20,000 nt of DNA from Chiloscyllium plagiosum (GCF_004010195.1 NC_057718.1:76385156-76405155), one strand, 5' to 3'. Numbered from the stretch's first letter, positions 8,955 to 20,000 are shown. A program made the numbers and translations. Notes: generated from the sequence alone by a model not told the origin.

Positions 8955-11760
8955 TAGCCATATTAGGCCTGGTATTGGGGAATGATCAGGTGATCAGTGG
9001 GAGAGCATCTCTGGAACAGTGACCATAATTCTTTAAGTTTTAAGATACTTATGGATAAAGATAAGAGTAGTCCTCAGATGAAAGTACTCAATAGGGGGAA
9101 GACTAACCAACACAATATTGGACAGGAACTGGGGAATGTAGATTAGGGACAACTGCTTGAGGGTAAATCTAGATATGGCATGTGGGAATCTTTTAAAGGT
9201 CAGTTAATTAGAGTTCAAGACCAGCATGTTCCTGTGAAAATGAAGGATAATGATGGCAAGATTCTGGACCTTGGATGACAAGAGAAATTCAGAGTTTAGT
9301 CAAAGAGAATAAGTAGGCTATACATAAAGTTTAGGAAACTGAAGACAGACAGAGCCCTTGAAGAATAGAAAGATAGCAGGAGTCAACTCAAATAAAGAAT
9401 TAGGAGGGCTAAAAGCATAAAATGTTTTTGGCAAACAGGATTAAGGAAGATCTTAATGCATTTTATACATTTACAAGGAGCAAGAGGATTACTATGGAAA
9501 GGGTAAGTCCACTCAAGGATAAAGGAAGGAATTTGTGCGTGATGCCAGAGGAAGTGGGTGAGGTCCTTAACAAATGCTTTGCATCAGTATTCGCAAAGGA
9601 GAAAAACGTGGTTGATGGTGAGTCCTGGGAGGAATATGTTGATATTCTATGGCATGTCAGTATAACAAAAGATGTAGGGTGTTATGAAAAGCATTAAAGT
9701 AGACAATCTGGTGGGATCCATACCACAATGCTGAGGAGGATAGGTGAGGAAATTGCCAGGGCTTTGTACAAAATCTTTGTATCCTCTTTAGCGTTCCCAG
9801 ATAACTGGAAAATAGTCAATGCTTTTCCGTTGTTTAAGAAGGGAAACAGGGATAATCTAGGATTTTACAGGCCGGTGAGCCTTATGTCAGTGAAAGAATT
9901 ATCGGAGAAGATTCATAGGGATAGTTACATTTGGAAAAATATGGATTTATTGATACTAAGCAGCATGGTATTGTGAGGGGAAGATCATGTTTCACAAACA
10001 GTTTATGACTGTTTTGAAGAAGTGACAAAGATGATTAATGAGGGTGGGCTGCAGATGTTATCTGTATGGATTTTAGTGAGGCCTTTAACAAGTTCCTCCA
10101 TGGTTGGCTGATCCAAAAGGTGAAATCACATGAGATCTGCAGTGAGCAGGTAAAATGGATACACAACTGGCTTGGTCGTAGAATTCAGAGAGTAGCAATG
10201 GCAGGATGACTTCCTGATCTGTGACCAGTTGTGTTCCACAGGGATTAGTACTTGGATCCTTGTTGTTTATAAAATGTATAAATGAGTTAGAGAAGAATTT
10301 CGATGGCCTGATTAGTAATTTTGCAGATGACACAAAAGTTGGGGAGCTGCGGATAGTGAGGAGGATTGCCAGAGGATACAGCAAGATATAGATAGGCTGG
10401 AGGCTTGGGCAGAGAAATGACAGATGGGGTTTAATCCGGACAAATGCGAGGTGATGTATTTTGGAAAATCTAATGCAGGAGGGAAGTCGACAGTAGCATC
10501 AACATTCAGAGGGATCTAGGCATACAGGTCCACAATTCGCTGGAAATGGCAACACATGTGGATAAAGTGGTTAAGAAGGTAAATGGAGTTGAGAGGTCAT
10601 GTTGCGGCTGTACAGGACATTGGTTAGGCCACATTTGGAATATTGCCTGCAATTCTGGTCTCCTTCCTATCGGAAAGATGTTGTGAAACTTGAAAGGGTT
10701 CGGAAAAGATTTGAGCTACAGGGAGCGGCTGAACAGGCTGGGGCTATTTTTCCTGGAGCGTCAGAGGCTGAGGGGTGACCTTATAGAGGTTTACAAAATT
10801 ATGAGGTGCATGGATAGGATAAATAGACACATTCTGTTCCCTGGGATCGGGGAGTCCAGAACTAGAGTGCATAGATTTAGGGTGAGAGGGGAAAGATATA
10901 AAAGAGACCTAAGGGGTGGTATGTGTATGGAATGAGATGGTAGAGGATGTGGTGGAGGCTGGTACAATTGCAACATTCGAGAGGCATTTGGATAGGTATA
11001 TGAATAGGAAGGGTTTGGAGGGATTTGGGCCGGGTGCTGGCAGGTGGGACTAGATTGGGTTGGGATATCTGGTCGGCATGGACGGGTTGGACCGAAGGGT
11101 CTGTTTCCATGCTGTACATCTCTATGACTCTATGCCATCATCAGTCAAGGCATAGACAGTCAAAAATGGCAACTCATTTGCAACTGTAGATACCTTTAGT
11201 AAGGCCATGTTTGGAATATTTCATTTAGTTTTGATCGCCACAGTACCAGAAGGATGTGGAGGCTTTGGAGATAATGCAGAAACAGTTTACCAGGATGCTG
11301 CCGATTTTGGACAGTATTAGCTATGAGGAGAAATCAGGAAAACTTGGTTTGTTTTGTCTTGAATGTCAGAGGCTGAGGGGAAATCTGATGGAAGTGTACA
11401 CAATTATGAGAGGCATGCATAGTTGGAGTTCTTCTTCCCAGGGTAGAAATGTCAATTACTAGAAAACATGGGTTTATATTAAAAGGGGTGCAGGGTGGTG
11501 AGTTTAATGGAAATGTGAAAGGCAAATTTTCTACACAGAGGGTGAAAAGTGCCTGGAATGTGCTTCCAGAGAAGCTGGTAGAAGCAGAAACAATAGCAAA
11601 ATTAAAGAGGCATCTTGACACATATATGAACAGGCAAGGAGTAGAGGCATATGAACTGTGCAGAGGCAAAGATTTTTAGTTTAGAAAGACATCACGTGTC
11701 GGCGAACGTTGGGGCCAATGAACCTGTTCTTGTGTTTTACTGTTTTTTGCTGTGCTTTGC
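8955..11760 (+). mobile_element. Decayed 5'-truncated CR1 LINE (end of EN domain, RT, 3'UTR), interrupted at about 10583-11134
   Basis: AILGLVLGN...SDHN (EN end); LANRIKEDLNAFY; WKIVNAFPLFKKGNRDNLGFYRPVSL; MDFSEAFNKFLH; VPQGLVLG; FADDTK; CQRLRGNL; STQRVKSAWNVLP; degenerate 3'UTR. Confidence 0.93.
10583..11134 (+). mobile_element. Younger CR1/HER1 3' fragment nested in the older CR1
   Basis: [53 protein letters not shown], 3'UTR GGACCGAAGGGTCTGTTTCC and a CTCTATGACTCTATG tail; duplicates the region the host encodes at about 11160-11750. Confidence 0.9.
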
Positions 11761-11764
11761 TGTT

Positions 11765-12200
11765 TGAGTAATTCACCTCCTGATTCCCTAAAGATTGTTC
11801 ACCAGCCACAAGGCACATGTCAGGATGTGATGGCATGCACACTCAGTAGCAGCTCTGTGTACTGTCTGCAAGATACACTGGAGGAATTCACCTAAAATCC
11901 TTAAACAGCACTTTTCAAACCCATGACCACTTCCATCCAGAAGGACAAGGGCAGCAGACACATGGGAACATCACTATCTTCAAGTTCCCATCCAAGCCAC
12001 TCACCATCCTGATTGGAAATACATTGTTATTTCTGCACTGTTATTGGATCAAATTTATTTAACTCCTTCTCTAGTAGCCCAGGTATTGCAGGTTGACAAC
12101 AGCCTAATTTAGCATTTTAAGAAGACAGCTCACCACCACCTAATCAAGATAATAAATGCTGGGCCAGGCCAGTGATGCTCACCTATGGTAAGTGAATTAA
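11765..12200 (+). mobile_element. L2-like LINE 3' fragment (internally deleted)
   Basis: HLLIP*RLFTSHKAHVR-like coding remnant and AGAAGGACAAGGGCAGCAG...AAGACAGCTCACCACCACC; ends AATAAATGCTGGGCC...GATGCTCAC...GTGAAT, a tail shared with the SINE at 17884-17928. Confidence 0.68.
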
Positions 12201-12312
12201 TGTCAAACATTCTTACATATTTCATGTTTGACAGCAGCTGTCAAGTGGTTGCCAGGAACTTTAAATGTCAGAATATGATAATATGACTGCTTTGAAAAGG
12301 GGAAGTGCCACT

Positions 12313-12935
12313 TGTTACAGACTAGACAAATCCCCCCTCCCCCCTTCAAATGCATCAGGAGATAGACAAACCTTAACTTTTTCTTATTTAGAGGCAGGTG
12401 TAAGGTGTTGTGTTCCAGATCTAATTCAATTTGGTCAAGCTATTCAGCTATGAGCAAAACACACTTTATTTCTATTCCACAGTTAAAATACAAAAAAAAG
12501 AAAAATTGGTCTAACAGAATAATAGATTATTTAACTCAGAAACAGCAACTGTTCCAACATTGTTACTTCCCATAAAAACACACTTGGCAAAGGCAACTTG
12601 AGTAAAATAGATTGTCTCACATGTACTTTTTCTCCAGTCCTGGAGGAAAGAACATCAAGAGAAAATACTGGCAGAGACAGAGAACTCAAGCATTTTGCTG
12701 TAGCAAGGAGAGATGTATGGCAGCTTCCAAGCCCAACAACTACAGAAAGCTAAACTAAAACCCTGGTTCTGTGGGAGCCTGAAACCACCCATTAATGCTG
12801 CCTGTATTGTTCCAACTTAAAAACAAACAAGCTGTTTACTCTATTGTTTTGGACCAGGTAGCTTGATACCTACGGTTCAAACCTTCTCTTAAAAAAAGGA
12901 TAAGATGCACCTCTTAAAGCCATAATATCATCACA
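12313..12935 (-). mobile_element. Putative solo LTR
   Basis: TGTTA...TCACA termini (TG..CA, imperfect inverted ends), flanks CACT and CAAT (4-bp TSD with one mismatch), AATAAA on the minus strand near 12465-12470, no coding signal. Confidence 0.45.
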
Positions 12936-13309
12936 CAATTCCTGGAAAACGTGCTCCAGTACTTTACAGTTGGTGAAAACTTTTAAAGTGCACTCATTCT
13001 TGCTGTGTAGGCAATTTTCACAGCCCACTTGTACACACCACACACTGAACTTATTGCCTGTGTTGGTGACATTGACACTGGGTTAGAAAGCAGGGGCCAC
13101 TCTATCAGGACCCCTAATCCAATTCTATATCAACAAGCAACTACCTTTTTACCTAAACGTTTAAATGTTGGAGTGAAGGCATTGGCTTGCCTGCTCTAAG
13201 AGTTTAAGGATAATAAGCCCATCATTAATTGACCATTAATTGGCCAATTCAGGGAATTCTTGGTCAGGTGATTGCCCCACCATACAATACTGGTGCCTGC
13301 CAGCCATTT

Positions 13310-13755
13310 TTTCTGAATTCTTCCTATAGCAGGGTGAACAGAATTATACACAGTAATCCAAATTTGGCCTTACCAATATTTTGTACAGCCACAATATGAC
13401 ATCCCAACTTTTGCACTCAGTGCCCTGACCAATGATGACAAGCGTGTCAAACAACTTCATCACCACCCTTTCCATGCGATGCTACTTTTAAGGAACAGTG
13501 CATCCCTAGGTCTCTCTGTTCGACAATACTCCCCAGGGCCCTAACCTGCCCTGTGCAAGTCCTTCCCTAGTTTATCTTAACAAATTGCATTATCTCATAT
13601 TTATCGGAATAACCTCTATCTGCCATTCCTTGGTCCATTGGCCTAGTTGGTGAAGATCCTATTGTACTCTTATATAACCTTCTTTACTTTCCACTATACA
13701 CCAATTTTGGTGCCATCTGTAAACCTACTAACCGAATCTCCTATATTCCTATAAG
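13310..13755 (-). mobile_element. CR1 LINE RT C-terminal fragment
   Basis: Minus strand VSRFTDGTKIG (FADD equivalent), LQWTKEWQ and VILWLYKILVRPNLDYCV*FCSPCYRK. Confidence 0.85.
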
Positions 13756-15415
13756 TGCATTTGATCGGATTTAGTTTCAATTTCAGTCAAACTCTTGAAC
13801 AAGTCTTATTACTGTACTGTCTCTTTAGACTGAAATTAATAATTCATCACAGACTTATTGCTGAAACTCCTTCACATTTTCAATAAGATGAATTTTAAAA
13901 GCACTTTCAGTCCATCACCGGAGTTGTGTGTTCTAATTCCTGAAATGTCAGAAATCTTTCTTGGAACTGTTAGATGTTTAGATTTTCAGATAATTCAAAA
14001 CTAGGCCCCATGAGCTTTCTGATGAACACAAAGGTGGCGCTTTGAACATACCAAGTAGTAATTCATGCAGCAACCCAATTATATACAGATTGTTACAAAA
14101 TGTGAGACTGTATGGTGAAGGTCCAAAGTAAATTGTTAATTAGTTGTTTCAAAGTATTTAGTATATTGAACAAGTCAGTTCTTTATGGAACAGGAAATTT
14201 ATTCAATCAGTAAGGGCCTCTGCTTGTTAGATCGTGAACATCAGTGGAACATTAAGTTAAGGAGTCAGGCAGTTCAAGCTGTCTGTTATTCATTGAAATG
14301 TTGCAGTTTCAAAAATGCATTCCATGTGTTTTTTTTAAAAAATGCACATAAGTAACAAGATATGCAAGGAATTTGTTGCAGAGTTTTATAGCAAAATGTA
14401 GGAGAAAACTTCAGTTATTTAGTTAGCTCAAGACACCTTCATGGACATACAAATGTTATGTGTACTTTCTTTGATTGCAACTTTCTGCACAATTTATTAC
14501 TTTGCAATACTCCATGAGTTAAATTTCAGTTAACTTTGTGGGATACCACAATATGAAGGTATATTTGTGGCTTGATTGGATAGCTGCAGATTGATTGTCA
14601 GGGAGAAGTGAAGTCTCCGTTAATGGAATTGCTCAACAATACTTGGGCCTTTGAAAATGAACCTAGTTTCCAAATGTGTTATGTAACCTCGCTTTCTGAG
14701 AATATTGGATCGTCTCTTTGTTTCTCTGGGCATTGTGTGTCTACAAATGCATTGTGAGACACCTCTCTTTTTACTAGACCTTTAGTCTCTAGCATCTCTT
14801 GTTTATCCTTATCCTATGCTTTCTCACTGTTCAGCTCTACAACATTTTATCTATACTTGTGTATGTACAGTTTACGAAGCACAACCCTCTAGTGTGGGGT
14901 ATTACCCATCCTCCATTGCCTGCTTCTCTCTGCTCTGCTTTTTCCAGAGTAACAGAGCTATCCTTTGCATATTGCATTATGCTATATCTATCTCTGAACT
15001 TCTCTTTTACATGATTTACATAAATCCAGCAATTTATTTAACTATTTCCCTTGTCATTGTTAGCATTAACATGATTATCATCATTTACCCTCTTAAGGTC
15101 TGACTCTGAAATAATGAGATGCTTTAGAACTCTGATTGCTTGCCCTTGCTTTCCACATAAGGGTGATGTTTCTCTATTTTGTGTAGGATGTTTGTCTGTG
15201 TTCCACATTCTGTGGTAATCATACTTCTTGGCTCAAGTAAGATCACTGCCTTCCAGTTTCTCTTGAACAGTCTATTAAATATGTGTGGTATATGAAATAT
15301 ATTAAGTATATATCATGTGTACACCAGATATGATCATGGTGATCTGTTCCTTTAAGAAACGTTGCCTCTACCTGACTGTTTATTATCCACGCTTCCTAAC
15401 TTGGTGGCAAAGTAA

Positions 15416-15610
15416 ATATTTTAAGTTTAATCAAGAGTCTTATCTTCAAAAAACATATAATCAAGAAAGAACACACTGTACTCACTAATACAGCCTTTCT
15501 CTTGGATAGACTTAAAACAACAATTAACTTATCTGATTCTGTGCTGTTTACTTCACCCAACAGTTCCTCCAAGATTAGTTGTGAATTTCACTGTTTGTTA
15601 ATTTTCCCAG
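15416..15610 (-). repeat. Inverted 195-bp copy of the LINE 5'UTR at 18116-18310
   Basis: Reverse complement aligns without gaps and with 2 mismatches; the identical peptide in ORFs 15502+ and 18066- reflects this. Confidence 0.96.
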
Positions 15611-15689
15611 CAGTAAAATCCCTTCATCAGGAGTACAGGTTAACCACTCAGGAGTCACCCAGTCTTCTGTCCATGGGTGTCCCCTATTT

Positions 15690-16660
15690 TATTTTCTGCA
15701 ATAACCTTTACAGTGGCACCTTATCAAATGTTATCTGGAAATCCTTGAGTACACTACATCCACCTGTTTCCCTTCAACCAAAACATATGTTATTTCCTCC
15801 ATGATAGTCAATAAATTTATTAAATATGATTTATTTCTCACAAAACCATGCTGTGCTTGATTAACTTTGAATATATCCAAGTGCCCTGCTTTAACAATCG
15901 TTTCTAACATTTTCAATATGACAGATGGTAAGCTAACTGGCTTATAGTTTCTCCCTTTCTGTCTCCCTTCCTTTTTGAATAAAACAATTATATTCATTAT
16001 TTTCTAATCCCAATCTAATGAGACCATCCCCAAATTATGGAGATTTTGGAAAATTATTACTAATACAAAAAGTAACTCACTACCTATTTCTTTTAAGATC
16101 TTATGATGAAGTCCACTAGGGCCCAAGCACTCACCAGTCGATAGCTCTAACAATTTATCAATATTACTTCTTTGGTGATTGTGATTGTGATTGTGATTTT
16201 CCTGAGTTTGACCACCTTTTGCATTTCCTGATTTTGTTGCTGTTTCTGGGATGTTACTTACATCCACTATATTGAAGACTGATAGAAAACATCTGTTCAA
16301 TCCCCCTGTCATTTCAATATTTTCCATTATTAATCCTCCAGTCTGACCTTCTCTTGAACTAGCATTCATATTGTTAACTTCTTTAGATGCAAATTAATAT
16401 AGATTATTCAGAATCTCATTAACTAAATATAAATAATTATAGAAACTCTTACTGTCTGTTTTTATATTTCTAACTAGCTTTCTCTCATTCTCACAATATT
16501 TCTCTTGTATTTTTCCATCTTTGTAAATTTTATTGGGTCATTCTTTGCTTTTTTTATATTCTGTCCACTCTTCTGACCTGCTTTCTGTCTTTGCACAATT
16601 ATATGCCTTTTCATTGAGTTTGATACTATCTTTAACATTTCTATTTAACTCCGGGATGAA
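15690..16660 (-). mobile_element. Old CR1 LINE ORF2 fragment
   Basis: Minus strand KDSIKLNEKAYNCAK, LNRCFLSVF, LGPSGLHHKILKEI, LFKKEGRQKGRNYKPVSL, QHGFVRNKSYLINL and DFQITFDKVPL. Confidence 0.88.
16175..16198. repeat. (GTGATT)4 microsatellite
   Basis: GTGATTGTGATTGTGATTGTGATT. Confidence 0.85.
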
Positions 16661-17636
16661 TGAGCCAAATTGATAGGGTTGTTAAGAAGGCGTATAATGT
16701 GTTGCTTTTATTAGCAGGGGAATTGCGTTTAAGAGCTACGATGTTATGCTGGAGCTCCATAGAGCTCTTGTTAGACCATACTTGGAATATTGTTGATCAG
16801 TTCTGGTTGCCTCATTATAGGAAGAATGTTGAAGCTTCAGAAAAGGTGCAGAGGAGATTTATCAGGATACTGCCTGGACTGGAGGGCATGTTTTGATTAG
16901 ATTACTTACAGTGTGGAAACAGGCCCTTCGGTCCAACAAGTCCACACCAACCCTCCGAAGACCAACCCACCTAGACCCATTCCTCTACATTTACCCCTTC
17001 ACCTAACACTACGGGCAATTTAGCATGGCCAATTCACCTAACCTGCGCATTTTTGGACTGTGGGAGGAAACCGGAGCATCCGGAGGAAACCCACGCAGAC
17101 ACGGGGAGAATGTGCAAACTCCACACAGACAGTTGCTTGAAACAGGAATTGAACCCAGGTCTCTGGCCCTGTGAGACAGCAGTGCTAACCACTGCCACTG
17201 TGCCACCATGCCGCCGTGTCTTATGAAGAAAAGTTGAGGGAGCTGGGGCTTTTCTCATTGGAGCAAAGAAGAATGAGAGGTGACTTGATAGAGGTGTACA
17301 AGATGTTGAGAGGCATAGATAGAGTGGATAGTCAGAGACTTTTTTCCCATGGCGGAAATGTCTATCACAAGGGGGCAAAACTTTAAGCTAATTGGAGGAA
17401 GGTTTAGGGGAGATGTCAGAGGTAAGTCCTTTACGCAGAGAGTGGTGGGTGCATGGAATGCACTGCGGGCGGTAGTAGTAGAATCAGACATATTAGAGAC
17501 ATTTAAGCAACTCTTGGATAGGCACATGGAAGATAGTACAATGAAGGGTATGTAGATTAGTCTGATCTTAGAATAGGCCGGCACAACATTGAGGGCCAAA
17601 GGGCCTGTACTGTGTTGTACTGTTCTATGTTCTATG
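16660..17636 (+). mobile_element. CR1/HER1 3' fragment with (TTCTATG)n tail, interrupted by an HE1 SINE
   Basis: IDRVVKKAY...QFWLPHYRKNVEASEKVQRRFIRILPGLEGM resumes after the SINE as [23 protein letters not shown]...FTQRVVGAWNAL; tail TTCTATGTTCTATG. Confidence 0.92.
16895..17215 (-). mobile_element. HE1-like tRNA-derived V-SINE
   Basis: Reverse complement has the head GGCGGCATGGTGGCACAGTGG, B box GGTTCAATTCC, the V-domain and a TAATCTAATC tail; homologous to 6589-6885; imperfect TSD ATGTTT/GTGTCT. Confidence 0.92.
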
Positions 17637-17932
17637 ACCCGGATAATGTTCTGAGGACCCTGGTTCAAATCCCACCATAGCAGATGGTGGAATTTGAATT
17701 CAATAAATATCTCGAACTAAAGAGTCTAGTGATGACCATGAATCCATTGTCGATTGTCAGAAGAACCCATCTGGTTCACTGACGACCTTTAGTTGGTCTT
17801 AGCTGGTCCGGTGTACATGTGACTCCAGACCTACAGCAATGTGGTTGATTCTTAAATGCCCTCCGGGCAATTAGGGATGGGCAATAAATGCTGCCTGGAT
17901 AGCGATGCCCTCATCCTGTGAATGAATAAAGA
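17637..17932 (+). mobile_element. SacSINE1-like Deu-SINE, 5' head truncated
   Basis: B box GGTTCAAATCCC, central AACCCATCTGGTTCACTG...ACATGTGACTCCAGACC...AATGTGGTTGA and tail GGGCAATTAGGGATGGGCAATAAATGCTG...GAATGAATAAA. Confidence 0.78.
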
Positions 17933-18031
17933 AGAAAGGAAGATTCAAATTCAAATCCAAATCCATGTAATCCTGTGGCCATATCTTTGTAATGACTACC
18001 AGGTCATACATGGTGAGGACAGTGCAGGAGG

Positions 18032-18051
18032 GAGAGAGAGAGAGAGAGAGA
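18032..18051. repeat. (GA)10 microsatellite
   Basis: Direct reading. Confidence 0.9.
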
Positions 18052-18402
18052 ACCAACCTGCACAGTTACTGCCTTTGCTGTTTGAATTCATGTATCGCTG
18101 GACATCGGAGTGCATCTGGGAAAATTAACAAACAGTGAAATTCACAACTAATCTTGGAGGAACTGTTGGGTGAAGTAAACAGCACAGAATCAGATAAGTT
18201 AATTGTTGTTTTAAGTCTGTCCAAGAGAAAGGCTGTATTAGTGAGTACAGTGTGTTCTTTCTTGATTATATGTTTTTTGAAGATAAGTCTCTTGATTAAA
18301 CTTAAAATATAAGCCACAGCTATTAACTTAACCTGGGGCAGTGTTTTGTAGAGGAATAAAACGGTGTTATTTTTTGGGTCTGTAGATTGTGAAGGAGCAA
18401 AA

Positions 18403-19317
18403 ATGGCCTTTGCAGTGATATGTACTTCTTGTCAGATGTGGGAGTTTAAAGAGAGTTTAAGGGTTGCTGCGGATTATATCTGCCATAAATGCTGTTGGAT
18501 GCGAATCTTATCAGATTAAGTGGATCAGTTGGAGAGACAGATAGAAACAATGAGGAATTTGCAACAGCAACAGTATGTGATGGATGGCAGTTATAGGAAG
18601 GGGGGAAAGTCTCAGATACAGTCACATAGATGGGTTAACTCCAGGAAGGGTAAGAGAGGTAGGCAGCTAGTGCAGGAGTCTTTTGTGGATATACCCATTT
18701 CAAACAGGTAAGCTGTTTTGGAAAATGTAGGTTGTGATGGATTCTCAGGGGAACGTAGCATGAACAGCCAAGTTTCTGGTATTGAGACTGACTCTAATGC
18801 AACGAGGGGTCAATTGTGTTAGGGGATTCTGTAGTCAGAGGTACAGACAGACGTTTCTGTGGCCAGCAGAGAAAAAGCAGAATGGTGTGTTGCTTCCCTG
18901 GTGCCAGGATCAAGGATGTCTCAGAGAGGGTGCAGAATGTTCTCACGGGGGAGAGGGGCCAGCAGGAGGTCATTGTACACATTGGAACCAACGACATAGG
19001 AAGGGAAAACGTTGAGATTCTGAAGGGACATTGCAGAGAGTTAGGCAGAAATTTAAAAAAGGAGGTCCTCAACGGTAGTAATATCTGGATTACTCCCAGT
19101 GCTATGAGCTTGTGAGGGCAGGAATAGGAGGATAGAGCAGATGAATGCATGGCTGAGGAGCTGGTATATGGGAGAAGGATTCACATTTTTGGATCATTGG
19201 AATCTCTTTTGGGGTAGAAGTGATCTGTACAAGAAGGATGAATTGCATCTAAATTGGAAGGGGACTAACATACTGGCAAGGAAATTTGCTAGAACTGCTT
19301 GGGAGGATTTAAACTAG
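18403..19317 (+). pseudogene. CR1 ORF1p: CxxC..CxxC zinc knuckle, coiled coil and SGNH/GDSL esterase (disrupted)
   Basis: MAFAVICTSCQMW...YICHKC...DQLERQIETMRNLQ; GDS (18822-18830), PGAR, HIGTND and DELH (19237-19248); stops at 18517, 18709 and 19106; frameshifts near 18810 and 19060. Confidence 0.9.
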
Positions 19318-19424
19318 TAAGGTGGGGGGGTGGGACCCACGGAGATAGAGAGGCAAGAGATCGATCTGAGACGGGTACAGCTGAGAATAGAAGTGAGTCA
19401 AATAGTCAGGGCAGGCAGGGCAGG

Positions 19425-20000
19425 CAGGACTAATAGATTAAACTGCATTTATTTCAATGCAAGGGGCCTAACAGGGAAGGCCGATGAACTCAGGGCATGG
19501 TTAACAACATGGGACTGGGATATCATAGCAGTTACAGAAACATGGTTCAGGGATGGGCAGGACTGGCAGCTTAATGTTCCAGGATACAAATGCTACAGGA
19601 AGGATAGAAAGGGAGGCAAGAGAGGAGGGGGAGTGGCATTTTTGATAAGGGATAGCATTACATCTGTGCTGAGGGAGGATACCCCTGGAAATACATCCGG
19701 GGAAGTTATTTAGGTGGAACTGAGAAATAGGAAAGGGATGATCACCTTATTGGGATGTATTATAGACTCCCCAATAGTCAGAGGGAAATTGAGAAACAAA
19801 CTTGTAAGGAGATCTCAGCTATCTGTAAGAATAATAGGGTAGTTATGGTAGGGGATTTTAACTTTCCAAACATTGACTGGGATTGCCATAGTGTTAAAGG
19901 TTTAGATGGAGAGGAATTTCTTAAGTGTGTACAAGACAATTTTCTGATTCAGTATGTTGATGTACCTACGAGAGAAGGTGCAAAACATGACCTACTCTTG
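19425..20000 (+). pseudogene. CR1 ORF2p apurinic-like (APE) endonuclease domain (disrupted)
   Basis: CIYFNARGL, DIIAVTETW, YRKDR..KRGGGVA, YYRLP, MVGDFNFPNIDW and PTREGA; TAG at 19711 and a frameshift near 19755. Confidence 0.93.

Larger units (their letters stand above)
17990..20000 (+). mobile_element. 5' portion of a near full-length CR1-clade LINE (5'UTR, ORF1, ORF2 endonuclease); 5' boundary approximate, runs off right edge
   Basis: Colinear UTR, ORF1 esterase and APE endonuclease as listed below. Confidence 0.92.

Noticed and set aside
14799..15103. Hydrophobic ORFs suggesting a membrane protein
   Set aside because: T-rich composition explains them; no recognisable family or convincing exon boundaries.
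17009..17378. Minus-strand ORFs (MVAQWQW..., MPPCDRH...)
   Set aside because: Spurious translations of the HE1 SINE and antisense CR1 sequence.
15416..18310. DNA transposon with 195-bp terminal inverted repeats
   Set aside because: The right copy is internal to a continuous LINE 5'UTR; there is no TSD or transposase and the interior is a mix of unrelated retroelements.

Overview
Repeat-dense eukaryotic DNA, almost certainly from a cartilaginous fish (shark); this is inferred from HE1-type V-SINEs, a SacSINE1-like Deu-SINE and abundant HER1/CR1 LINEs. No intact host gene is evident, only one or two candidate short exons. The window holds many decayed CR1-clade LINE fragments and the 5' part of a near full-length CR1 (5'UTR, ORF1 with Cys-knuckle and SGNH esterase, ORF2 APE endonuclease; about 17990-20000). 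It also holds a decayed Ty3/Gypsy pol, a Penelope-like GIY-YIG fragment, a putative solo LTR, an L2-like 3' fragment and a 1.27-kb minisatellite with a 27-bp unit. The most notable signals are small non-coding Penelope-derived insertions carrying minimal hammerhead-ribozyme cores. One is a 229-bp hairpin with two divergent hammerheads and a perfect 14-bp TSD. A second is a TSD-flanked element in a three-level nest. A third is a half-hammerhead fused to a 99%-identical inverted copy of the neighbouring LINE 5'UTR. Family names come from recall of motifs, not from database searches.
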